Positions 56,580-64,000 of a stretch of 64,000 bases of DNA are shown piece after piece. A program made the position numbers and the translations under genes. The notes beneath the pieces were generated by a model, which worked only from the letters and a program-made list of their open reading frames with translations, did not search any database and was not told where the DNA came from. Source of the stretch: a virus. Positions within the stretch are counted from its first letter, which is position 1. Every line of letters begins with the position of its first letter. Where the stretch lies: positions 1 to 64,000 of IMG/VR virus record IMGVR_UViG_3300033145_001598. One strand, 5' to 3'.

Positions 56580-57527
56580 TCATGTCATCTCTAGGTCAAA
56601 GACCGGACATTTTCTTTCGTTTGCCATTAATTTATTTCTAAAAGATTCAGCTTGGGGACTTTCCCATACATCTCTCAAAAAATTTTCTGTATTTTGTATT
56701 TTAATAGGGTTATGTCCTGGCTCTTCATCACAAAAACTACAAGGAAACACTTCTCCATTTACATTTATGTAGAGACTGAAGCAGTATGACTCACAAGGCT
56801 CACAGATCATTTCTAAGAGCTTTTTATCTGGATTATCCTGTATAACCTTAAGGAATGAAGGCGCGCTACAGCTATCGAATCCAATTGGTACATCCATTGT
56901 CATTGCTCTAGTAATGAGATTTTTATACATATCTAGATTTCTTAACTGAGTTGTTCTATTTCTACTTCCTTTTGGTTTCATTAATAGAAAGACAATTGCA
57001 TTTAGTCTTTCTAATTCTTCTTCAATTCTTACCTGGTTGATTAAATTAATACATTCATTGTATGTTTCCATACATAATACTTTGTGAATGTTAACTTGTT
57101 TTAATCCAGCCCGCCCGAGTCTATCCACACTAGAAAAGCAGTCACTATCGTTATAGTGACTAACTGCCACTGCACCGCATATAGTGCTAAGCCTAGAGAC
57201 ATGTTCATCGGAAATATCCTTTCCGTTCACTGTAATGTTAGGAACTACTTCATTATGTGGATTATCTCTGCAATACTCCATTATCTTCCATAGATCAGGA
57301 TTTGCGTCTATGGATCCTATGCCGAATGCCACCTGAGTGAGATTTTTAGGAATTCTCTGGAAAATGTCCTTAAAAGTGTTAAGTGACATATTTTTACCTT
57401 TTGAGGTATTCGATTTGTAACAATTATGTACTAATAAGCTATTAGCAAAATAGCTATGGTCTGGTGTAGTTCCAATATTATATACTTGTCCAGAGTAGTC
57501 TTCTCTTGTAATATTCCTTATCTTCAT
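56580..57527 (-). CDS. split-intein C-fragment (35 aa, 57423-57527) fused to radical SAM/SPASM C-extein
   Basis: MKIRNI...VYNI....HSYFAN.LLVHN|CYKSN; PNITVNG; CES..FS.YIN..G.VFPCSF. Confidence 0.85.
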   Translation of the reverse strand: MKIRNITREDYSGQVYNIGTTPDHSYFANSLLVHNCYKSNTSKGKNMSLNTFKDIFQRIPKNLTQVAFGIGSIDANPDLWKIMEYCRDNPHNEVVPNITVNGKDISDEHVSRLSTICGAVAVSHYNDSDCFSSVDRLGRAGLKQVNIHKVLCMETYNECINLINQVRIEEELERLNAIVFLLMKPKGSRNRTTQLRNLDMYKNLITRAMTMDVPIGFDSCSAPSFLKVIQDNPDKKLLEMICEPCESYCFSLYINVNGEVFPCSFCDEEPGHNPIKIQNTENFLRDVWESPQAESFRNKLMANERKCPVFDLEMT

Positions 57528-58411
57528 TATCTTCTCCTGTTGTCTACTCGTTTATGACATGGCATACAATATGTAATTCCTCGAATCCTTCCTAAAAGGT
57601 GAAGTTTTTCTATTTTTAGAGATACTTCTTCAAATTCCTCGAGACTTAAGTCTTCTAGAGATTTGTTCCATAATTCTTTCTTTAAAATATCTCTGAAACT
57701 ATCAATATGATGGACTTCTAGCTGAGTACTTGTTTTATTACATCTACAGCAAGTGAACTGATCTCTTTCGAGGATTGGAAGTATCCATATTTTATATAAT
57801 CGTGATCTTATTGTCTGTGCTCGGTTACGGTTACCTTTCCATAGACTATGTTTATTTCCTCTTTTATATTGATAAGATCTCTTTGCTCGAGTTTCTTTTG
57901 CTTTTTGTTTGACCTTTGGATCATACATTGGATTATTGACCCTCATTTGTCTTTTTTGTTTCTCTTTCCTTTTATTGTTTTCCTCTTCTGAATAGATTTT
58001 CTTCCGTCCATATTTTTGAATGGACGGATTGTTATCTGAGGACATCCGTTTTTTAGTAGAGATTAAGCTTTTTTCCTTACATTTATTACACATAGCTCTA
58101 CTATATGTTTTTGTTTTATGAAAGGTTTTTACTATGTATGAATTAGTAATATTAATTTTACAACGAGGGCAATATGTTCTCTTAATCTTAGTAGACTTTA
58201 TTCGTCTTTTAGATCGGCATTTATCACATTGTTTTTGTTTATACTTCCCTTGGAAGGATTCTCTGCAAATCTCGCAAATTTTATTGAAAGATCTACTATG
58301 ATAATTTAGCCTATCCTTTTCTCGAGTAAATTGTTTTTTACACTTACTACTACAATATTTGGAATCTTTACGTTTAGCTATAAACCTTCGTTTACATATG
58401 TAACATATCAT
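57527..58411 (-). CDS. free-standing HNH endonuclease between split-intein halves
   Basis: Multiple Zn fingers, NP repeats, ILERDQFTC..C, LEVHHI, C..CH. Confidence 0.8.
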   Translation of the reverse strand: MICYICKRRFIAKRKDSKYCSSKCKKQFTREKDRLNYHSRSFNKICEICRESFQGKYKQKQCDKCRSKRRIKSTKIKRTYCPRCKINITNSYIVKTFHKTKTYSRAMCNKCKEKSLISTKKRMSSDNNPSIQKYGRKKIYSEEENNKRKEKQKRQMRVNNPMYDPKVKQKAKETRAKRSYQYKRGNKHSLWKGNRNRAQTIRSRLYKIWILPILERDQFTCCRCNKTSTQLEVHHIDSFRDILKKELWNKSLEDLSLEEFEEVSLKIEKLHLLGRIRGITYCMPCHKRVDNRRR

Positions 58412-58455
58412 ACAATTATGATATAGAATTTTTGCTTATATGTAAACCAAAATGT

Positions 58456-58929
58456 TTAAAATCCTATGATTTCATCGTCTTCGGTGAGCTCATCTGCTCG
58501 AATCCATCCTTTTGATGTATATAATTTATGATTTGGTGTTAATCTAAGTGTCTCATTATCTGTTACAATCTTAATTAATTCACCTTCATATTCTCTGACA
58601 AAGGTCTGGTCAACTATTTGTTGAGTGCGAGACACTTTTCCATTTTTATGTATCTTTGCTCCATACACAGATTCACCTACCTTAATTTCTTGAATTGATT
58701 TTTCTCCATCAGGAGTCAGAACCTTAGTGTCAGGGGGTACACAGAAACTACATCCTCCATCGCAGATTGTAGATATCTCAATATCCAGTATCTCTGGTCC
58801 GAACGGACTGTAAGTCGGATCGTCATCAAAGGTGTCACCCCAACGAGCGAAAAAGCCTGTGTCTTTGTTGAAGTCATAACTATACCCATTACTTCTTACC
58901 TTTTTCACTGGCCTTTTTTCTGTTTTCAT
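58456..58929 (-). CDS. radical SAM N-extein fused to split-intein N-fragment (95 aa, 58459-58743)
   Basis: PEILDIEISTICDGGCSF|CVPPDTKV...TPNH...GWIRADEL. Confidence 0.85.
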   Translation of the reverse strand: MKTEKRPVKKVRSNGYSYDFNKDTGFFARWGDTFDDDPTYSPFGPEILDIEISTICDGGCSFCVPPDTKVLTPDGEKSIQEIKVGESVYGAKIHKNGKVSRTQQIVDQTFVREYEGELIKIVTDNETLRLTPNHKLYTSKGWIRADELTEDDEIIGF

Positions 58930-58934
58930 GATAT

Positions 58935-59162
58935 TTATAAATTTTCTTTACTTACCTGTTTGATACCTTGTTTTTCTTCTTCTTCTAATACTATCCTTCT
59001 ATTATTATACTTGGTAAGGTCATACTCTACTAATTGACCCTTTTCAAACTTAAAGAATTCTCTCTTACTATTATTCTTAAGCACTATTGTTTCTTTACGG
59101 ATTCCCGCAGTAGATCTGTTTCTAGCAGAATCTAGTCTTTTAGTCTCATCGAACTTTCTCAT
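58935..59162 (-). CDS. hypothetical protein
   Basis: Small ORF. Confidence 0.45.
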   Translation of the reverse strand: MRKFDETKRLDSARNRSTAGIRKETIVLKNNSKREFFKFEKGQLVEYDLTKYNNRRIVLEEEEKQGIKQVSKENL

Positions 59163-59167
59163 TCTAA

Positions 59168-59386
59168 TTATTCCTTATTATTCTTCCTTCCTCCTTTTGT
59201 CCTATGTTTAAGATAACTCTTTCTAAGTGATTCATAGTCAGGGTCTCTATTCCATAGAGCTGGGTGAATACCAATATGTCCAGGGCACTGCACCATGTGC
59301 TCCCGTTCTTCTAGGACACCAGTTTCTTTATTAATTTCTTTGTACTTAATTTTAGCTGGATATTTACAAATATTACATTGACGCAT
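59168..59386 (-). CDS. hypothetical protein
   Basis: CNIC...C..H. Confidence 0.45.
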   Translation of the reverse strand: MRQCNICKYPAKIKYKEINKETGVLEEREHMVQCPGHIGIHPALWNRDPDYESLRKSYLKHRTKGGRKNNKE

Positions 59387-60041
59387 CTCTAATTCTCATT
59401 TCTTCTTCTATTTTTATCCACCACTTCCAAGATTGTCTAATCTCTTGTGGTAATTCACCTGTGCGCCTCAGGTATTCTCTTATCCAAGTTTTAGTTCCAT
59501 CATTTGGGTATCCAGCACCATTCCAGAATGCTTCTCCCATGATATCTATGGTTTCTTTATCTCTGAGGAACTTAGCTATAATACTAGCTGCTCCTACAGT
59601 GATATATTTGCTATCTGCTTTATCTGTAGCAATTACTGGAATATCGTTTATTTCTGTTCCTAAAGACCCGAAAATATTTTCGCCATCTAGTACGAGAACA
59701 TCTGGTTTAATTCTTTCTATAAGTTGTTGCATGACCCTTAGAGCAGTTTCTCTTTCAAGGTCATTTAAGTTTTTCTCATCTGAGCTCACGTACTCATCAA
59801 CTCGTGATGCTGGTACCATCTCAAACGACCACCATGTTTTTAGGATAGGTATCATTTGATGTAGTTTGTCTCTTCTAGAGGCATACCTGCTCCGCTGGTC
59901 TCCTACAAAGGCTTTAGAGTCTCTGACTCCAATTCTTCGTAGTTCAAATCCTTTATCTGAATCTGCTACTACAGCAGCTAGGACTATAGGTCCTATTACG
60001 CTACCTCGACCAGCTTCATCTACTCCTAGAATTTTAGTCAT
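59373..60041 (-). CDS. rnhB: ribonuclease HII
   Basis: GVDEAGRG..IGP, RDSK, DG, KADSKY..VGAASIIAK..RD, GYP. Confidence 0.92.
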   Translation of the reverse strand: MTKILGVDEAGRGSVIGPIVLAAVVADSDKGFELRRIGVRDSKAFVGDQRSRYASRRDKLHQMIPILKTWWSFEMVPASRVDEYVSSDEKNLNDLERETALRVMQQLIERIKPDVLVLDGENIFGSLGTEINDIPVIATDKADSKYITVGAASIIAKFLRDKETIDIMGEAFWNGAGYPNDGTKTWIREYLRRTGELPQEIRQSWKWWIKIEEEMRIRDASM

Positions 60042-60290
60042 TTAATTGAACTCACACCTTCTTAGTGAATGGCGCTTTCTTGTTCTGGATAAATTCAACT
60101 GTGTTATATCCACATAACGAGCGCTTTGTTTCCAACCTATTTGAAAGTATTGATGTGCAGCATTTGTTGCTGATACTACTAGTATTTGTTTTACTAGACT
60201 TCTAAGCCTACTTGGTGAAACGCTTTTTGATGCAGCTACGATCATCTCCGTAAAGTTATCAATCTCCTTCTCGTTCAGTTTCATCACCAT
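60042..60290 (-). CDS. hypothetical protein
   Basis: Small ORF. Confidence 0.4.
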   Translation of the reverse strand: MVMKLNEKEIDNFTEMIVAASKSVSPSRLRSLVKQILVVSATNAAHQYFQIGWKQSARYVDITQLNLSRTRKRHSLRRCEFN

Positions 60291-61374
60291 GATACTTCCT
60301 TTCAGTATGATAAATACGAGTGAATTGATTTGGTTCTTTTTGGACTCTCATTATGATTTCTTCTACAGCTATGTTATGCATCCAGTTTACACCTGGTTCT
60401 AAAGCTTTATCATGTATCATTGTAGCTACTGCTGCTACTATATAACCAGTTGCCTGTGCCATAGCTGAAATATCGTTTTCAGTATCATACTTCCATTGCC
60501 AGACCGTTGTCATCATATCTTCTACTGTGTCATATTCTGCACGTAGAATGATAGTGTCTTGATCTTCAGGACCTACTGCTTCTAGTACTCCTTCTAAAAT
60601 CTCTGCAGGATTCTTTTGCCAGAAGATATTTTCTTTCATCCATTCGAAATGACCTTCGTATCTTAATGTTCTATAATTAAGATAATGAAGTTCTGATACT
60701 TGTGGTGTTATTGACATACTACCGTAAGTAGGAGCAGCTTCGAATGAATGATCAAGTCCCTCTATGCTTCTCCATTCGGTTTCATCATTGTCTAATGCTG
60801 GAACATGACAAAGTTCGCCATATTCTCTTTGAGCTACTAGACCAGTATATTCATTAAGAAGCCCATGAACACTAAAGCTTCTTACATATCTGGGTTGATG
60901 ATAATCTGCTGGACAAAGAGGTAAACCTCCACAAAGAATACTCAATTCTGTTCCACCTGTTCTTGCTACATGCCCTGCTAGAGTAGATGCAAAACCTGGT
61001 GCTAGTCCACAGTCTGGAACTACTATGTTTGGTCTCTTGTAAACAGATTTTAATAGATCTTGAGCAAATTTTTCGTCTCCTCCAAGATCTACAAAATTTA
61101 CTTCTTTTTGTAAAAGAATTGTAGCCATTCCTAGATGAATAGGTAAACAGTTAACATAAGTAGCTGAGATATCTGAATGAGTATCTAATAGGTGTTGATA
61201 CTCTGTACATAAGCCTAATTGACCTGCTTTTCTTCCATCCTCTAAGTCTTGAGGTAGTTTCATACCTATCTTAAATGTAAGATCAGCTATATCGACTCTT
61301 TCTTGTGTATGTCTGAGTAGATATCTAGTTATAGCTAGTCCCTGTTGTCCTAGTCCACCTAAAATACAGTACAT
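60259..61374 (-). CDS. saccharopine dehydrogenase-like oxidoreductase
   Basis: LGG.G..G Rossmann start, NCLP, FVDLGG, PDCGLAPG, GGLP, FS..GL.NEY, TLRY.GH, AM..ATG. Confidence 0.8.
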   Translation of the reverse strand: MYCILGGLGQQGLAITRYLLRHTQERVDIADLTFKIGMKLPQDLEDGRKAGQLGLCTEYQHLLDTHSDISATYVNCLPIHLGMATILLQKEVNFVDLGGDEKFAQDLLKSVYKRPNIVVPDCGLAPGFASTLAGHVARTGGTELSILCGGLPLCPADYHQPRYVRSFSVHGLLNEYTGLVAQREYGELCHVPALDNDETEWRSIEGLDHSFEAAPTYGSMSITPQVSELHYLNYRTLRYEGHFEWMKENIFWQKNPAEILEGVLEAVGPEDQDTIILRAEYDTVEDMMTTVWQWKYDTENDISAMAQATGYIVAAVATMIHDKALEPGVNWMHNIAVEEIIMRVQKEPNQFTRIYHTERKYHGDETEREGD

Positions 61375-61376
61375 TA

Positions 61377-61535
61377 TTATTCCTTTTTTGTTTCCTCTAG
61401 AAGCTTTAGTCCTTCTCGAAGCATACTAACTACAGCTTCGTTAAAGCTAATGTTTTTCTCATTTGACACGTCGATAATTGCCTGCATTGCTTTATCTGTT
61501 AGGCAAACTTCGACTTCTTGCCTTTCGCTAGTCAT
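61377..61535 (-). CDS. small ribbon-helix-helix-like protein (not in ORF track)
   Basis: MTSERQEVEVCLTDKAMQAIIDVSNEKNISFNEAVVSMLREGL..., 52 aa, fills the gap between neighbours. Confidence 0.45.
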   Translation of the reverse strand: MTSERQEVEVCLTDKAMQAIIDVSNEKNISFNEAVVSMLREGLKLLEETKKE

Positions 61536-61713
61536 CTGGTCCATCCATTGGTTGATTGTCCTTGATTAGAGATCCCAAGGGGCTCTGTGTGAGTAGTCTA
61601 ATCGCCGCATTTTCCCAAGTGACTCCCCATACTTCTGCTAGTAGGAATATGTCACTGATGGTCTTTTTGTCGGCTTTGATTTTTACTCTACAGCTCTCCT
61701 TTTGATTTGCCAT
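61528..61713 (-). CDS. small ribbon-helix-helix-like protein
   Basis: Alternating strand RVKIK followed by two helices. Confidence 0.4.
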   Translation of the reverse strand: MANQKESCRVKIKADKKTISDIFLLAEVWGVTWENAAIRLLTQSPLGSLIKDNQPMDGPDD

Positions 61714-61749
61714 CTAGATATCCTTATCTGCTGATACTACGCCACATCT

Positions 61750-61941
61750 TCATTCCACTTTCTTAATGGTTATAGACCTTACGTCCCTATTAGACTCCTC
61801 GACGGCTAATTTACCTTCCTCTCCATGAATAGCTTTCATAGCTTCATGTATGAGTTCCAGAATAGCTGTTGCGGTGCCGTCTATTTCAACAGACTTTTCT
61901 TTCTTATTTTCAGTGAGTTTTAAGTGATTTCTATCTTTCAT
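61750..61941 (-). CDS. hypothetical protein
   Basis: Small ORF. Confidence 0.45.
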   Translation of the reverse strand: MKDRNHLKLTENKKEKSVEIDGTATAILELIHEAMKAIHGEEGKLAVEESNRDVRSITIKKVE

Positions 61942-61949
61942 TATTTCTC

Positions 61950-63194
61950 TTATTCGTTCGTAGATAGCCCTTGAGATAAAATAATTTCTGTTGTATCACA
62001 CTGATCTTCTTCATCTGTTAGTTGTAAGTAAGTAGATTCGGGTAACCATTCGTCTAGATTGAATTCTTCTGTAGAAACTTCAACCTCTTCTGGCTTAGGT
62101 ATATCTGTTAACCATTCTGGTGGATTAATATCTTTAACTTTAGCAAATCTCCCAGTTGGTCTTCTCATTCTAATCTTGGTTTTATCTTCACGAATACCGA
62201 AGTGTTTCTCCATGGCATCCATTAGTCTATACCTAGCTTCATCCCAGGTAATTTTGCCTTTGTGTGCCATTTGGGTTAGCTTGTACTGCAGCATAGTCTT
62301 ATACCTCCAAGGAGGTAATTCTACGCTTTCATGCAGTTTCATGTATCTTTCTTGCCACAGGTGCCAGAGTTTCCTTCTGTCTCCTGCAGATATTTTGTTT
62401 CTATCTCTAACAGGATTATCTTTATCCTGTTTATAAGAATCCATAATGTCTTTAGCTTTAGAAAGAATTTGTTGTTTTGTAGTACTAGGTTTCATCTTTT
62501 TAGCTTGTTCAAGGAGCTGAGTAGCCATAGATGGTCTTTTGTCTTGAGACGTATATCCAATTAGTCGAGCTAATTCCTTCTTAGACAAGTCTTCTTTAGT
62601 GATTTTTGTTGCTATAAGTTGAGCTCTTGCATGACGCAGTCTTTTATCTTCCGAGTATGGAAACCAGTCTGCTGAGTATACAAGTTTATCTGCTTGTTTT
62701 TGTAATTGTTTAAAACTGGCCTTACCACTATCTATTAGTCTTCGAGCTGTTCTAACATGCTCGGTTTCGTCAAAGGTTATATCCCAGACATCCATCGGTG
62801 GTACCTGATCATATTCTAGACCTACAAATTCAACGTCTTCTCTATTGAATACGTCTTCCGGATCTCCCTTTAGACCTAGTAGTTCACTATAAGTATCTTC
62901 TTCTACTTCTAGTCTTTGTCCTTCTTTGTCTATAACAAAGAAATGATCTGTACCTTGCAAAAATTCTGGTTCTCTTTTTTTAATTATCTTAACTACTCTA
63001 TAGGTTCCGTCTTCTAGCTGTTCTACTTGAACATGCATGTCCCCTTCTTGCATGAGCTGTCGAATATTCTGAGGTAATGAACCTAATGCTTCTAAATATC
63101 TTCCTGTGTCTATATCGTCTAGTTCACTTTTAGGGTCTCTATGATCGAAGTCACTAACCAGAATATGGCTTGAGGTACACTTTCGTAGAGGCAT
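61950..63194 (-). CDS. hypothetical protein
   Basis: 414 aa ORF with GGAG upstream; no motif recognised. Confidence 0.55.
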   Translation of the reverse strand: MPLRKCTSSHILVSDFDHRDPKSELDDIDTGRYLEALGSLPQNIRQLMQEGDMHVQVEQLEDGTYRVVKIIKKREPEFLQGTDHFFVIDKEGQRLEVEEDTYSELLGLKGDPEDVFNREDVEFVGLEYDQVPPMDVWDITFDETEHVRTARRLIDSGKASFKQLQKQADKLVYSADWFPYSEDKRLRHARAQLIATKITKEDLSKKELARLIGYTSQDKRPSMATQLLEQAKKMKPSTTKQQILSKAKDIMDSYKQDKDNPVRDRNKISAGDRRKLWHLWQERYMKLHESVELPPWRYKTMLQYKLTQMAHKGKITWDEARYRLMDAMEKHFGIREDKTKIRMRRPTGRFAKVKDINPPEWLTDIPKPEEVEVSTEEFNLDEWLPESTYLQLTDEEDQCDTTEIILSQGLSTNE

Positions 63195-63257
63195 CTTTTC
63201 TCCAGGATGAAGGGGGTAAGATTAGACTTTCTTTTCCTCTTACCATTACATGAAAGG

Positions 63258-63833
63258 CTACGAGTTTTCTTTTTGTCTGAGTTCATCTCTTCCTAAGATG
63301 AATTGGATAATTCTAACCCTTTCTTGCATGTTTGATTCCGATATAGGTAGGTATTTGGTTTGATATTTTTCTAACATGAATTTTATCATTCCATCTATTT
63401 TGATCACTGAGTCCCAAATCAGATGGGTGCTTGCCCTTGTTCCATCATCTTTAAGGAGATGTTTGCTGGGCCTAAGAAACAAGACAATTCCACGATTGAC
63501 TTGATTTACATATTGTTGAAACTGTGGAGAACTCATTAGTTCTGAGGCTATTGTGGTATGTTCAGCTGCATATGCAATAGAGTCAAAAGCTCTATCTGAT
63601 ACAAAATTATCTCCATGTTCCTGCTCTTTTACTAATTGTCTTCTTAATATTTCATGTTGAAAATGTCCTATACCATCTATATCTATAAACAACTCATCAA
63701 GGGTTGTTTCCCATTCAGCAAGTATAGAGCGCGCTACTTCTGTAATCATGGGCATCTTATACTTGTCGCTTATATATCTAGCTAGTGTAGTTTTTCCTGT
63801 ACAATGCGATCCAACTAAGTAAACTCTAGGCAA
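63258..63833 (-). CDS. AAA_28 / nucleotide-kinase-like P-loop protein
   Basis: GSHCTGKTT, EVAR, SDR..D..AY, DDG.R. Confidence 0.75.
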   Translation of the reverse strand: MPRVYLVGSHCTGKTTLARYISDKYKMPMITEVARSILAEWETTLDELFIDIDGIGHFQHEILRRQLVKEQEHGDNFVSDRAFDSIAYAAEHTTIASELMSSPQFQQYVNQVNRGIVLFLRPSKHLLKDDGTRASTHLIWDSVIKIDGMIKFMLEKYQTKYLPISESNMQERVRIIQFILGRDELRQKENS

Positions 63834-64000
63834 TTCTTAATTCCATTTCCTCTATTGATTCCATAAGCGATTAAGCTTTTCTAGTTCTCTTTTAACTAAA
63901 TCATCGATTTTAGTTAACATTTTATTCTGTTCTATAGTTTCATCTAGGAATTGTTTCATGGGTAAACTTTTATCATCTGGATTATTAATATGCCACCATC

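Noticed and set aside
57423-57527. MKIR start of the IntC gene as a fourth MKxRxGFV motif
   Set aside because: It lacks GFVSNSSSS; MKI-type starts are typical of split-intein C-fragments.
7440-62564. Numerous + strand ORFs within the - strand block (and - strand ORFs within 343-2734)
   Set aside because: They are antisense shadows of well-supported genes, with no motifs or RBS.
1-64000. tRNA, tmRNA or rRNA genes
   Set aside because: No cloverleaf with a T-loop consensus was found in the intergenic gaps by eye; a tRNAscan or ARAGORN run would be decisive.

Overview
64 kb gene-dense, AT-rich segment of a large (jumbo-type) dsDNA bacteriophage genome, read in the standard genetic code. Positions 1-7307 are on the + strand: DnaB-like helicase C-terminus, several PD-(D/E)XK and HNH nucleases, amidase endolysin and a sigma-factor-like protein. 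Positions 7304-64000 form one long - strand block of replication, nucleotide-metabolism and accessory genes: PhoH, GuaB/GuaC-like, dCMP deaminase, a two-piece DnaE, RecA, dNMP kinase, class II RNR, Ycf46-like AAA+ ATPase, ClpP, ThyX-like, SpoVG-like, RtcB and RNase HII. There are four cis inteins and one naturally split intein. Main points of interest: (1) a phage-borne retron-type RT with an msr/msd-like ncRNA and no recognisable effector, plus a second structured RNA about 2.4 kb away that shares the msr-like hairpins; (2) a radical SAM enzyme whose CxxxCxxC motif exists only after trans-splicing, followed by three proteins with an MKxRxGFVxNSSSS N-terminus; (3) proteins carrying pieces resembling T4-type major capsid protein, including the Gol region; (4) two short C-terminal motifs shared by unrelated proteins; (5) a plant-Whirly-like protein. 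All assignments come from motif recognition by eye; no searches were run. No tRNA, rRNA or CRISPR array was seen.
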